Assembly: GCA_030390025.1 (NCBI GenBank) | Contig: CM059449.1 | Coordinates: 13,516,001-13,580,000 of the forward strand | Length of the DNA stretch: 64,000 bases | Direction of reading: 5' to 3' | Origin: Squalus acanthias | Taxonomy: Eukaryota | Part shown: positions 13,770-25,564 of the stretch, one piece after another | Layout of the letters: each line of letters begins with the position of its first letter | Position numbering within the stretch: position 1 is the stretch's first letter | The notes under the pieces: generated by a model | What the model was told of the DNA's origin: nothing | The model's input: the letters and a program-made list of their open reading frames with translations, nothing else | Database searches by the model: none | Made by a program: the position numbers and the translations under genes

Positions 13770-14030
13770 AACAAAGAAAGAACTTATACTTATATAGCTC
13801 ATTTCACAACCTCAGGATGTCCCAAAGCGCTTTACAGCCAGTGAATTACTTTTTGAAGTGTAGTCACTGTTGTAATGTAGGAAATGCGGCAGCCAATTTG
13901 CGCACAGCAAGCTCCCACAAACAGCAATGTGATAATGACCAGATCATCTGTTTTTGTGATGTTGGTTGGGAGATATGTAATGGCCCAGGACACTCCCCTG
14001 CTCTTCTTCCAATAGTGGCCGTGGGATGTT
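13770..14030 (-). mobile_element. Deu-domain SINE 3' part
   Basis: Reverse complement of the SINE body at 40675-41112. Confidence 0.7.
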
Positions 14031-14429
14031 TTGCCCCCAACTATCGCACGCAGTCACAATCTACCCCAAGTAGTACTGCTGGGTGCACGAATGTCCAACT
14101 GGGCCAGTAACCAATGAAAACCCACTCAAAAAATTAGGATGCTAAGACTTTAGTTCCATTACTTAAAGCATTGTCTGTGTCTGCACGATCTCTTGGCTCA
14201 ATGCTTTTACCAGAGAGCAGCAAAACTCTCCCCTTGATCACCAACAATAATTCTAACCAGTCTTGCCAAATACCATGTTATTTTGCACTTAACAGAAAGG
14301 AAATATTTTATTGGAATTCATATCAGATGAGCATTTTATTCCAAGTGTGTTTGTGCTGAGTGTGTGTGTGTGTGTGTGTGTGTTCTTCCTATATATTCAA
14401 GAGAAGTTACTGAAGATCAATTAAAAAAT

Positions 14430-14805
14430 TTTCATCCTTGTTTTCAAACCCCTCCATGGCCTCGCCCCTCCCTATCTCTACTCCAGCCCCGCAACCCTCC
14501 GAGATCGCTGTGCTCTTCCAATTCTGGCCCCTTGTCCATCCCTGATTTTCATCGCTCCACCATTGGCGGCCAGCTGCCAAGGCCCTAAGCTCTGGAATTC
14601 CCTCCCTGAATCTCTCTGCATCTCTTCCTCTCATTCCTCCTTTAAGACGCTCCTTAAAACCTACCTCTTTGGCCAAGCTTTTGGTCATCTGTCCTAATAT
14701 CTCCTTATGTGGCTCGGTGTCAAATTTAGTTTGATAATCGCTGCTGTGAAGGGCCTTGGGACATTTTACTATGTTAAAGGTGCTATATAAATACCAGTTG
14801 TTGTT
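14430..14805 (+). mobile_element. L2 3' fragment
   Basis: Matches 12040-12435. Confidence 0.8.
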
Positions 14806-15189
14806 ACGTATGTGGCGCATTGCACAACAAATCGCTCTCTTGCTGTACATTCCATGATTGATTATTGCGAAATTTAATTTAAAAAGTAATTTATCAGTTG
14901 CCTCCTCAAATTGCAGCGTTTTCACCACACACGTAAATTATTTGAAGATACTGCAGTTTAAAATTGCAGTTCATAGTTAAGGAGAAACATTTCAATTAGT
15001 TGCAGTTCATTGAGGTCAGTGGAAAATGTTGCGTATTTTCTCTGGTAACATCCTGTCTCTGTGTGAAAAATCTAAGTGACAACATGAATTTAGCAGCTTT
15101 GCATGGTATTATGAAATCCTCGACACATATTAGAGTTTGCTGGTCCTCTGATAGATGGAGGGAGTATTACATGTTCAGCAAGCAAATCG

Positions 15190-16205
15190 GAAACGATAGC
15201 ATAGTGGTTATGTTACTGGACTAATCCAGAGACATGAGTTCAAATCCCACCACGGCAGCTGGGGAATTTCAATACAGTTAAATAAATCTGGAATAAAAAG
15301 CTAGTATTAGTAATGGTGACCATGAAACTATCGGATTGTTGTAAAAACCCACTGGTTTACTAAAGAAGGGAAAGAAATCTGCCGTCCTTACCCGGCCTGG
15401 CCTATATCTCTCTCCTCTCTCTCTCTCAGGCAGTCCCTCGGAGCCGAGGATGACTTGCTTTCACACTAAAAATGAGTTCTCAGGTGACTGATGAGTCCAA
15501 TGCGGGACCTACAGTCTCTGTCACAGGTGGGGCAGACGGTGGTTGAAAGGGCGGGTGGGTGGGGTGCTTGGGTTGACGTGCGCTCCTTCCGCTGCTTGCG
15601 CTTGGCTTCCGCTTGCTCCCGGCGAAGAGACTCGAGGTGTTCGGCGCCTTCCCGGATGCTTCTCCTCCACTTTGTGCGGTCTTGGGCCAGGGATTCCCAG
15701 GTGTCGGTGGGGATGTTGCACTTTTTCAAGGAGGCTTTGAGGGTGTCCTTGAAGCGCTTCCTCTGCCCACCTGGGGCTCTCTTGCCGTGTCGGAGCTCCG
15801 AGCAGAGCGCTTGTTTTGGGAGTCTCATATCGGGCATGCGGACGATGTGACCCGTCCATCGGAGCTGATCGAGCGTGGTCAAAGCTTCGATGCTGGGGAT
15901 GTTGGCCTGAGCGAGAACACTGACGTCGGTGCGCCTATCCTGCCAATGGATTTGCAGGATCTTGCGGAGGCAGCGTAGGTGGTACCCCTCCAGTGCTTTG
16001 AGGTGCCTGCTGTCTGGCCTATATGTGACTCCAGACACACAGCAATGTGGTCGACTCTTAACTGCCCTCTGAAATGGCCTAGCAAGCAACTCAGTTGTAA
16101 CAAACCGCTACAAGAAGTACCGCAGCGGTTCAAGAAAGCAGCTCAAGAAGGGATGGGTGATCAGTGCTGGCCTTGACCACATCCCGTGAACAAATAAAAA
16201 AAAAA
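15190..16205 (+). mobile_element. tRNA-derived SINE split by an RTE insertion
   Basis: A/B-box-like head TAGCATAGTGG..GAGTTCAAATCCC; the body resumes after 16024; the tail resembles the second LINE family. Confidence 0.65.
15408..16013 (-). mobile_element. RTE-clade LINE 3' fragment
   Basis: LRKILQIHWQD..LRWTGHIVRM..RLPKQAL..GGQRKRFKD..C2H2 knuckle; 11-bp TSD CTGGCCTATAT (15397-15407, 16014-16024). Confidence 0.9.
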
Positions 16206-17984
16206 CAACTCAGTTCTGGAGAATAGAAAGTTTCTACACATATGGGCACTTTAGTGTCAGAATCCTTCAGCCGGGTATACAATAGGTTAAACACAGGATA
16301 AATCACTCTTTTCTCAGATCAGCTATTGGATCTTAATCTATTGTTGAGTGGTTGTTCGGCCCAAAAATAAAGTGAGGGTAATTAAGGGTGCAGTTATACT
16401 GCAGTTGGCATTCTCAGACCAGCATCTATGCAGTTTGATGCACAGCTGATCAACTGCCCACCGTGGATGGTTGCTGGCCTTACTGAGCTCAGTCTCGGCA
16501 AATAAGCTCTGCATGTGCGTGTTTGCAGACATATGCTGCCGTGAAGTTTCCGTTTTCATGTTAGGAGAGAACAGGCAAGAATGTTCCACTTGTATTAACG
16601 TAGCGGGTTCAACTTTAAATGTTTGACTTTTTAAAAATGTTGATCGTGGACCACGGTGAAGTGTGACTGCACCCTTAACGACATTGCGTTGATAACAGGA
16701 CAAACATCGGAACAAAAGATGGGTCAGGAGGTCAGAGGAGGTGCAATGGTTACAGAAGGTCCAAGAGAAGCACACTTGATTGGGGGGGTGGCGGGGGGTG
16801 GGGGGGGACAATAACTGAAATATTACACCATGCTCCTAAATAAAAGTAACAGAAGTAAAGCATAAATGCATAACAGAAAAAAATGCTTCCTGAGCGAAGG
16901 GGTAAACAGATTTAAGAGGTACAGATTTAAGGATTTCAAGGCCTCGGATAAGGTGCAGAGGAGATTTACCAGAATGATTGAAGGGATAGGGGATTTCAGT
17001 CATATGGGAAGACCAGAGAAGCTGGGATTGTTCTCCTTGGGGCAGAGAAGGAAATTTAATGGAGGTGTTCAAAATTATGAAGGGTTTTGATACAGTAGAT
17101 GGGGAGAAACTGTTTCCACTGGAATGCACTACTGAAAGGGCGGTGGAAGCAGATTCAATAGTAACTTTCTAAAGGGAATTGAATAAATACTTGAAAAGGA
17201 GAAATTTGCAGGGCTACAGGGAAAGAGCAGGGGACAAAGTGGGACTGATTGGACAGCTCTTCCAAAGAGTCGTCACAGACACGATGGCCCGAATGGCCTC
17301 CTTCTGTGCTGTATCATTCTATGACATAAAGGAGCTTCCGATGGCTTGCACAGTCTTTTGTATTGAACTGGCGCCACAGGTTGCTGTCCAGTTCTGCCTG
17401 TTCCTCCGCTGGTGCCATCAGTGCGAATCAGCCTGTCTGCAGATTCATGTTGCTCCTCAGCTCCTTCCCGAGTAAGCTCTCTGATCATAGCTGCATTGTT
17501 TAGGATGCAGTACACTCCTACAACCTTTTGTTAATATTTCGATCTTTTAATGAATTTATAGTTGGCACATTGCTTAAAACAAGTATGCATGTCGTTCATG
17601 CCGTGGAAACCCGTATCATTTACGCTAAGCTGCCTCTCCATGTTGTTCCTCCCAAACCGCGTCACTTCACACCCATCCGCGTTAAGTTGCATCTGTGTCT
17701 GCCCATTTCACCAGGCTGTGTCTGCCCATTTCACCAGGCTAACTAGGGCCTCCTGAAGTCTGCTACTATCCTACGTATTTACTGCGTTGCCAAGTTTTGT
17801 ATCATCGTCAACCTTCGATATTGTACTCCCTATACCCAATTCTAGGTCATTTATATATAAAAAGAAAAGCAATGGCCCTAATACCAACCTCTGGGGGACC
17901 CCACGGCATACTTCCCTCCAGTCAGAAAAACGTCCATTCATCATGACTCTCTGCCTCCTGTCCCTTAGCCAATTATGTTTTTTT

Positions 17985-18580
17985 TAAATTTGTTTCTGGG
18001 ATGTGGGCATCGCTGGTAAGGCCAGCATTTATTGCCCATCCCTAATTGCCCTTGAAGGTGGTGGTGAGCTGCCTTCTTGAACCGCTGCAGTCCGTGTGGT
18101 GAAGGTACTCCCATAGTGCTGTTACGGAGGGAGTTCCAGGATTTTGACCCAGCGACGATGAAGGATCGGCCCGATATATTTCCAAGTCAGGATGGTGTGT
18201 GACTTGGAGGGGAACTTGGAGGTGGTGGTGTTCCCATGCGCCTGCTGCCCTTGCCCTTCTAGGTGGAAGAGGTCGCGGGTTTGGGAGGTGCTGCCGAAGA
18301 AGCCTTGGCAAGTTGCTGCAGTGCATCTTGTAGATGGTACACACTGCAGCCACGGTACGCCGGTGGTGGAGGGAGTGAATGTTTAAGGTGGTGGACAGGG
18401 TGCCGATCAAGCGGGCTGCTTTGTCCTGGATGGTGTCGAGCTTGTTGAGTGTTGTTGGAGCTGCACTCATCCAGGCAAGTGGAGAGTATTCCATCACACT
18501 CCTGACTTGTGCCTTGTAGATGGTAGAAAGGCTTTGGGGAGTCAGGAGGTGAGACACTCGCCACAGAATACCCAGTGCCC
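17985..18580 (-). mobile_element. CR1-group LINE, second family, 3' fragment
   Basis: YKAQVRSVMEYSPLAWMSAAPTTL motif. Further copies at about 25920-28300 (+), 30535-31465 (-), 42180-42848 (-), 44725-45255 (+) and 56875-57310 (+). Confidence 0.82.
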
Positions 18581-18724
18581 TTATTATCACCGTTGTTTTA
18601 ATACCATGTGCTTCTATTTTTTGAATACGTCTTTTATACAGTACTTTTGAAAGTTTATATATATAACATCTACCTTCATCAACCCGCTCTGTTACTTCAT
18701 CAAAGAACTCGATCAGGTTAGTCA

Positions 18725-18823
18725 GATAGTTAGTAGGACTTCTATCTCTATTTTGGGCACGATTGAATATACCAAACAACCAGTATTTTTAGCAAAGTAA
18801 TGATAAGTTCTGCCAAACTTTGC
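18725..18823 (-). pseudogene. Putative decayed TM exon of the minus-strand paralogue
   Basis: ctttcag acceptor; one frame reads QSLAELIITLLKILVVWYIQ. Flanked and truncated by CR1 fragments. Confidence 0.25.
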
Positions 18824-19249
18824 CTGAAAGAATCGTAGAATGTTACGGAACAGAAGGAGGCCATTCGGCCCATCGTGCCTGTCCCGCGTTTTGAAAGTGC
18901 TATCCAATTAGTTCCCTTCAAGTATTTATTCGATTCAATTTTGAAAGTTGCTATTCAATCTGCTTCCACCGCCCTTTCAGGCAGCGCATTCCAGATCACA
19001 ACAACTCGCTGCGTAAAAAAGATCTCATCTTGCTTCTGGTTCTTTTGCCAATTACCTTAAACCTGTGTCCCCTGGTTACCGACCATTCTGCTGATAAACG
19101 CAATTTCACTTATTTACTGTATTCAATTCTTCATGATTTTGAACACCGCCTCTCCCCCTTAACCTTCACTGCTCGAAGGAGAACATCCCCAGCTTCGCTA
19201 GTCTCTCCGCGTAACAGGCTTGGGCTGAAAAGTGGCAAGTAACATAATG

Positions 19250-19991
19250 GGGGCAGAAATTAGGCTCGCCACGGGTGAGTACGCACTATGTACTCACCCG
19301 TGGACAGAACGAAAGTGCCGGTTTCTAGCATGCACTGCGCATGCGCGGGAAACCGGCACTTCCGTTCCCCTGAAGGAAGGGGTTCAGAGGTCGAACGCGC
19401 ACACCGGAGGGCCAGCGCATTTGCCTCGCACTTTGTTTTTTTTTACAGGTTCCTCCGTGAGGGTAAACACGGAGAAGATACACATTGTAAAAGGAGGCGC
19501 AAGGCCTTCTTTTAACAAGGTAAGTGTTGATTTTATTAAAATTTAAACATTTTTTTCACAGATTTATCTTTTTTAATTACTTTAAAGAAAGGTAAGTTTA
19601 GATTTTAACCCCGTTAAAAAGTGTAATTAATTTTTACAAAAATTTACATGTAATTTATAGTTATTTTAAAAATGTGATTTTTAAAAAAAATTTATTTGTA
19701 GTTTTAGGGATGTTTTGGGGCCGATCTGTATTCACAGATTTGACAGGTCTTCCTGTCAAATCTATGAATGAAAGATGGTCTGCTGCCATTGGCTCTCCAT
19801 GGCCCACGTGATCCCAGGGGACGCATCGCACTAACTACGCCCCTGGGATACACAAGCACTGCGCGCCGGCAGCTGCAGGAGGCCCAGGACCCGAAGTCCT
19901 CATGGGCCCAGAGGTCAACGGCAGGCGTGGTAGGTAGGTGCGCGCGGGATCCTTGCACCCGCGGGAAGCCAGGGAGCCGAATTTCTGGCCC
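19250..19991 (+). mobile_element. Harbinger-type MITE, complete
   Basis: TIRs GGGGCAGAAATTAGGCTC / GAGCCGAATTTCTGGCCC; TSD ATG on both sides. Confidence 0.85.
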
Positions 19992-20657
19992 ATGGTTTTT
20001 TTTTAACAGTCCTTCTCAACCTGTCCTGCCACTTTCAATGATTTGTGTACATACACCCCCAGGTCTCTCTGTTCCTGAACCCCCTTTAGAATTGTACCCT
20101 TTAGTCTATATTGCCTCTCCTCATTCTTCCTACCAAAATGTATCACTTTGCACTTTTCTGCGTTAAATGTCATCTGCCACGTGTCCGCCCATTTCCCCAG
20201 TCTGTCTATGTCCTTCTGAAGTCTGTTACTCTCATCCGCAAATGGCAGTTGATGCTGGGTCAATCGTTAATTTTAAATCGGAGAGAGAGAGAGAGAGATT
20301 TTTGTTAACCAAAGGTATTGAGGAATTCCCGGCCTAAACCTCTCTGCCTCTCTTTCCTCCTTTAAGATGCTCCTTCAAACCTACCACTTTGACCAAGCTT
20401 TTGGTCATCTGCCCTCATTTCTCCTTTATGTGGCTCGGTGTCAAATTTTTTGTCTTGTAATACTCCTGTGAAGTGCCTTGGGACATTTTACTACATTAAA
20501 GGTGCTGTATAAATACAAGTTGTTGTTGATATGGGGCAAAGGCGGGTATATGGAGTTAGGTCACAGATCAGCCATGATCCCATTGAATGGTGGAACAGGC
20601 TCAAGGGGCTAAATGGCCTGCTCCTGTTCCTATATTCCTATGTATTTTCAGGTCCGT

Positions 20658-21222
20658 GGGGGAAAAATTGAGTTGCACCCCCTTTGGGGCACTAACATCG
20701 CCGGGGCGCTACTTTTAGCGCCCCCGCGGCCGAAATTGAGCGGTAGCACCCCAAGAGGGAAGTGGGGCACTACTGGAAGCGCCTCGCCTCCCTCTTGGGG
20801 CGCTGCGAGGGAATATGGCGGTGGTACATTGCGCCGCAGTATTGCAGGCCTTCCTCCCCTTCTTAAAGGGGAGGGGCCTTGCGCAGCGCGACCCGGGGCC
20901 CAGCTGGGCCACCGGGATCGGAGTGCCGGCAAAAGAGCCCGGCACACAAGAGAAGGGGGGGCGGGTGCTCAGGAGGCCAGGGATGGTAGCGGAGGCAGGT
21001 GCTGGCAGGCGGCCATCAACAAAAATGGCCGCCCGGCACCTCGCCTTTAAATAGCGCCGCCCCGGCCGCAGCTAGGCCCCCCTGACCCCGTCGGACATAG
21101 CGTCCGGCGGTAAGTCAGGGGGCGCTACTAAAGATCACGGCCGGGGCGCTCGTTGCTTTGCGTCCCGTTAGCACCCTCTTAGGGCGCTAACGGGAGGTGC
21201 AAAGCAACCAAATTTTCCCCCC
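20658..21222. mobile_element. GC/CpG-rich MITE (second family)
   Basis: TIRs GGGGGAAAAATTG / CCAAATTTTCCCCC; no credible ORF. Confidence 0.65.
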
Positions 21223-21484
21223 CATTTCTTTAGGAAAGCTGTAAATCAGTTGCCTTGATTATGAGTTTATTATTCATTCTCTTGACATGAACATCGCTGG
21301 TAGGGCCAGCATTAGTTGCCCAACTCTAGCTGCCCCTGCCCTTGTGTTGCATATTGTTCATGATGCTCATGAAACTAAAAATAAAAGGCTGTCCTTGCTG
21401 TGATCTGAGATGGCACACAACGTTCTGTGTAGCCTCCGTTGGCCAACATGGTGTGGCCAGAAATAACAAGCATAAAGACTCCCA

Positions 21485-22842
21485 CTTGACATCAATAGTA
21501 GGGAAAATGCTAGAATCTATTATTAAGGATGTGGTAACAGGACCCTTAGAAAATGATAGTAAGATGGGGCAGAGTCAACACGGAGTTATGAAAGGGAAAT
21601 CATGTTTGACGAATCTGTTAGAGCTTTTTGAGGTTGTAAATAGCAGAATAGATAAGGGGGAACCACTGGATGTGGTGCATTTGGATTTTCAGAAGGCATT
21701 CGATAAGGTGCCTCACAAGAGGTTATTAAACAAAATTAGGGCTCATGGGATTGTGCGTACTATACTAGCATGGATTGAAGATTGGTTAACGGACAGAAAA
21801 CAGAGAGTAGGAATAAATGGGTCATTTTCGGGTTGGCAGGCTGTAACTAGTGGGGTACCGCAAGGATCAGTGCTTCGGCCTCAGCTATTCACAATCTATA
21901 TCAATGATTTGGATGAGGGGACCAAATGTAATATATCCAAGTTTGCTGATGATACAAAGCTAGGTAGGAATGTAAGTTGTGCGGAGGATGCAAAGAGGCT
22001 TAAAGGGGATATAGACAGGCTAAGTGAGTGGGCAAGAACATGGCAAATGGAATATAATGTGGAGAAATGTGAAGTTATCCACTTTGGTAGGAAAAATAGA
22101 AAAGCAGAGTCTTTTTTAAATGGTGTGAGATTGGGGAATGTTGGTGTTCAGAGGGACCTGGATGTCCTTGAACATGAATCACTGAAATTTAACATGCAGG
22201 TATAGCAAGCAATTGGGAAAACAAATGGTATGTTGGCCTTCATTACAAGAGGATTTGAGTGTAAGAGTAAAGATGTCTCACTGCAATTATATCGGGCCCT
22301 GGTGAGACCACACCTGGAGTATTGTGTACAGTTTTGGTCTCCTTACCGAAGGAAGAATATATATATGGAGGGAGTGCAACGAAGGTTCACCAGACTGTTT
22401 CCTGGGGTGGGGGGATTGTCCTATGAGGAGAGATTGAGTAGACTGGGCCTATATTCTCTAGAGTTTAGAAGAATGAGAGGTGATCACATTGAAACATACA
22501 AAATTCTTACAGGACTTGACAGGGTAGATGGAGGGAGGATGTTTCCCCTGGCTGGGGAGTCTAGAACCAGGGGTCACAGTCTCAGAATAAGGGGTCGGCC
22601 ATTTAGGACTGAGATGAGGAGAAATTTCTTCACTCGGAGGGTGGTGAACCTTTGGAATTCTCTACCCCAGAGGGCTAAGGAGGCTCAGTCGCTTCGTATA
22701 CTCAAGACAAAGATTTTTGAATATTAAGGGATATGGGGATAGTGCAGTTGAGGGCGAAGATCAGCCATGATCTCATTGAATGACAGAGCAGGCTCGAGGG
22801 GCCGAATGGCCGACTCCTGCTCCTATTTCTGATGTTCTTATC
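21485..22842 (+). mobile_element. CR1 fragment (RT to tail)
   Basis: ORFs 21342-22727 with RT motifs. Confidence 0.9.
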
Positions 22843-22902
22843 TTGTGGCAAGCCACCGTGGCTGTTTCACAAGCACTGATGTAACTACAGATCGAAACTC
22901 AC

Positions 22903-23303
22903 TTGCTGGCGGTGTGAAATTTCACCACATGAGAGCAGAAACATTTCCCTTTAGTAATCATGAAATTGTGAAGAATAGGGGTAGTGTTAAAGTAAATGAT
23001 CTGTGAACTCTGCACGATAGTTATCCGGCAGATTGTTCTGTGATAATAGTGAAGGACTTGAGTTCAGGGAGAATATTAGGGCGATGGTAACCGGTTTTTG
23101 ATCAGTGTAACAATTGTTGAAATACGATTGTTGAAGTGGGGTTTGGATGCTGCATTAGATTCTAGAGCAAGGAAGGCACGAGGCTGTATTCAGGCCAGGG
23201 GGTTACATGGTCCCTGCAATATTGCAGCAAATACGTGCCTGGATAATCTCACATATCTCCGGAGGTTTGTGAAATCAACCCAGTGTAGTGTTTCTGATTC
23301 CAT
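22903..23303 (-). pseudogene. Putative decayed NCR3-like V exon
   Basis: Bounded by a ttttccag acceptor and a GTGAGT donor. Allowing several frameshifts it reads (W)ISQPPEI..ARICC..VTPW..LVP..KPHFNNRIS..IALI..SAG*LSCRV, paralleling NKp30 LWVSQPPEI..AFLPC..VTW..VVP..PEFRGRL..D.SIYVCRV. Confidence 0.42.
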
Positions 23304-23479
23304 CTGGAAAAGCTCAGCTCTCCTGGCCCAAGGGACCATAATGTAAAAGTTACAGTCCATAATTTAAGATTTAACTCTTACTTTAAGTCTGCTGCATAAG
23401 TTGATATGGGACAAGTAACCGAACATAGCCAGCAACGCTTTAAGCTGTTAAAAAGAACAATGCGAATTGCAAAAGCATT

Positions 23480-24215
23480 GGGCCCGTATTTTCCGATCGG
23501 AGGCTTCCCGATTGCAGAGGCCTCCGATCTGGAGAAAAAATCTACGGACTTAGCTGAGGGCTCCCGAGGTCCGGACATTTCCGCTCCTGGGCCTCTCCAA
23601 ACTCCAAGTGCGCAGGGCCCACGTATCCCAGAGGCGCATGCGGTTCGCAATCGTCCCTGGGATCACTTGGGCCTTGGGGAGCCAATCAAAGAAGGGAATC
23701 TCCCTTCATACACTTGACAGATAGACCTGCCAAATATATGAATGGAGATCACCCCAAAAACACTAAAACATTAAATACATTAAAAAAAAAATCACATTTT
23801 TAAAATGAGTTGAAATTACACTAAATTAAATGTTTTAAACAAAAATTTTATTTTTTGAAAAAAATAAAGTTTTTTTACAGGGCTAAAAATAAACTTACCT
23901 TTTTTAAAAGTATTTTTAAATGATAAATGAGTGAAACATTTTTTAAAAACTTTTCTCAAATTTTATGCCTGCTTTTATCAGGCGTAAGATTTCTAAGGGT
24001 TTTCTGCGGGCGGAGGTGCTCCAGAAAGCAGAACTCTCCGCCTGCAGAGGCCTTTCTCCAGGGCAGGCGTCCAATCTGTCAAGAGCATTCCTGACAGATC
24101 GGAAATGCCGGTTTTCAGCGCATGCGCTTGGCATGCCTGATACCGGCATTTCCGATGTCCCTAGGGGTGTGTACACAGCGTGTACCCAACCGTAGGGGAT
24201 CGGAATATACGGCCC
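23480..24215 (-). mobile_element. Harbinger-type MITE, complete
   Basis: TIRs GGGCCCGTATTTTCCGATC / GATCGGAATATACGGCCC; TSD ATT. Confidence 0.85.
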
Positions 24216-24266
24216 ATTCATTATTCCTTGCTAACTAGACTTCAGCAGCTAAGTTAGCTTCTTACT

Positions 24267-24965
24267 GGGCCATATTTTGCGATCCCCACGGGTGTGTACG
24301 AGGTGTGTACGCACGTGTCGGGGCCGCGCAAGTTCCGGGTTTAGGCCTGCGAAGCGCATGCGCTGAAACCCAGGAACTTGCGATCTGTCAAGAATCCCCT
24401 CGACAGATCCTCCGCATCCCTGGGAGGAGGGCTTCTGCGGGTGGAGAGTTCGCTATTTACCCAACTTCCGCCCGCTGAATGCCCGTGAAATTCTTACGCC
24501 TGGTAAAAGCAGGAGTGAGGCCTGCTTTTACCAGCATAAGAGTTTTAAAAAATGGAAAAATAAAATGTTTTCACTGATTTTATACGTTAAAAATCCCTTC
24601 CAATAAGGTAAGCTTATTTTTAGCCCATTAAAACATAATTTCTTTTTCAAAAAATTACATTTTTCTTTAAAATATTTAATGAAATGGCCTTTTAAGTATG
24701 TAATTAAAAAAAAATACTTATTTCATGTGTTTATGTAATTTTTTTTTAAGTGATCCCCATTCATACTTATGGGGATTCCGTACGTACGGAATCCCCATAA
24801 GTATGAATGGGGATTCCCTTTTATTGGTTGAGCCGGCCCGCGCGGACATGGAGAAGCCCAGGATCGTAAGCCTCCATACCTCCCGGGCCACCAGGTAAAT
24901 GTGTAGATATTTTACAGGTTGGAGGCATCCGCCCGCGGGAAACTTCCGATCGCAAATGTTGAGCC
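24267..24965 (+). mobile_element. Harbinger-type MITE, related subfamily
   Basis: Imperfect TIRs GGGCCATATTTTGCGATC / GATCGCAAATGTTGAGCC; flanks ACT/ATT; same internal layout as the other copies. Confidence 0.75.
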
Positions 24966-24972
24966 ATTTATT

Positions 24973-25480
24973 GGGCCGTATTTTCCGATCGGAGGCTTCC
25001 CGCGTGCAGAGGCCTCTGATCTGGAAAAAATCTACGCACTTAGCTGAGGGCTCCCGAGGTCCGGACACTTCTGCTCCTGGGCCTCTCCAAACTCCAAGTG
25101 CGCAGGGCCCACGTATCCCAGAGGCGCATGCGGTTCGCAAGCGTCCCTGGGATCACTTGGGCCATGGAGAGCCAATCAAAGAAGGGAGTTTTCCTTCATA
25201 CACTTGACAGATAAACCTGCCAAATATCCGAATGGAGATCACCCCAAAAACACTTTAAATAAATTTTAAAAAAAAGAATTTTTAAAATTAGTTGAAATTA
25301 CAATAAATTAAATATTTTAAACAAAAATTTAATTTTTTGAAAAAAAATAATTAAAGTTTTTTACGGGGCTAAAAATAAACTTACCTTTTTTAAAGTATTT
25401 TTAAATGATAAATGAGTGAAATTTGTTTTTTTAACTTTTTTCAAATCTTATGCTGGTAAAAGCAAGTCTTACGCCTGCTA
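24973..25480 (-). mobile_element. Harbinger-type MITE, truncated
   Basis: Starts ATT-GGGCCGTATTTTCCGATC and is highly similar to 23480-23980; the second TIR is missing. Confidence 0.8.
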
Positions 25481-25564
25481 TTATGTTTTAAATATATTTG
25501 GTGCAGCGTTGCCACCTACTGGTACAGTAGCATATAACATGCAAGGATCAAATGACATCTCAGA

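Noticed and set aside
16338-16811. 157-aa minus-strand ORF
   Set aside because: No recognisable motif or convincing splice boundaries; not supportable.
20613-21054. GC-rich ORFs or CpG-island promoter
   Set aside because: They lie inside a TIR-bounded MITE; the ORFs are low-complexity by-products of GC content.
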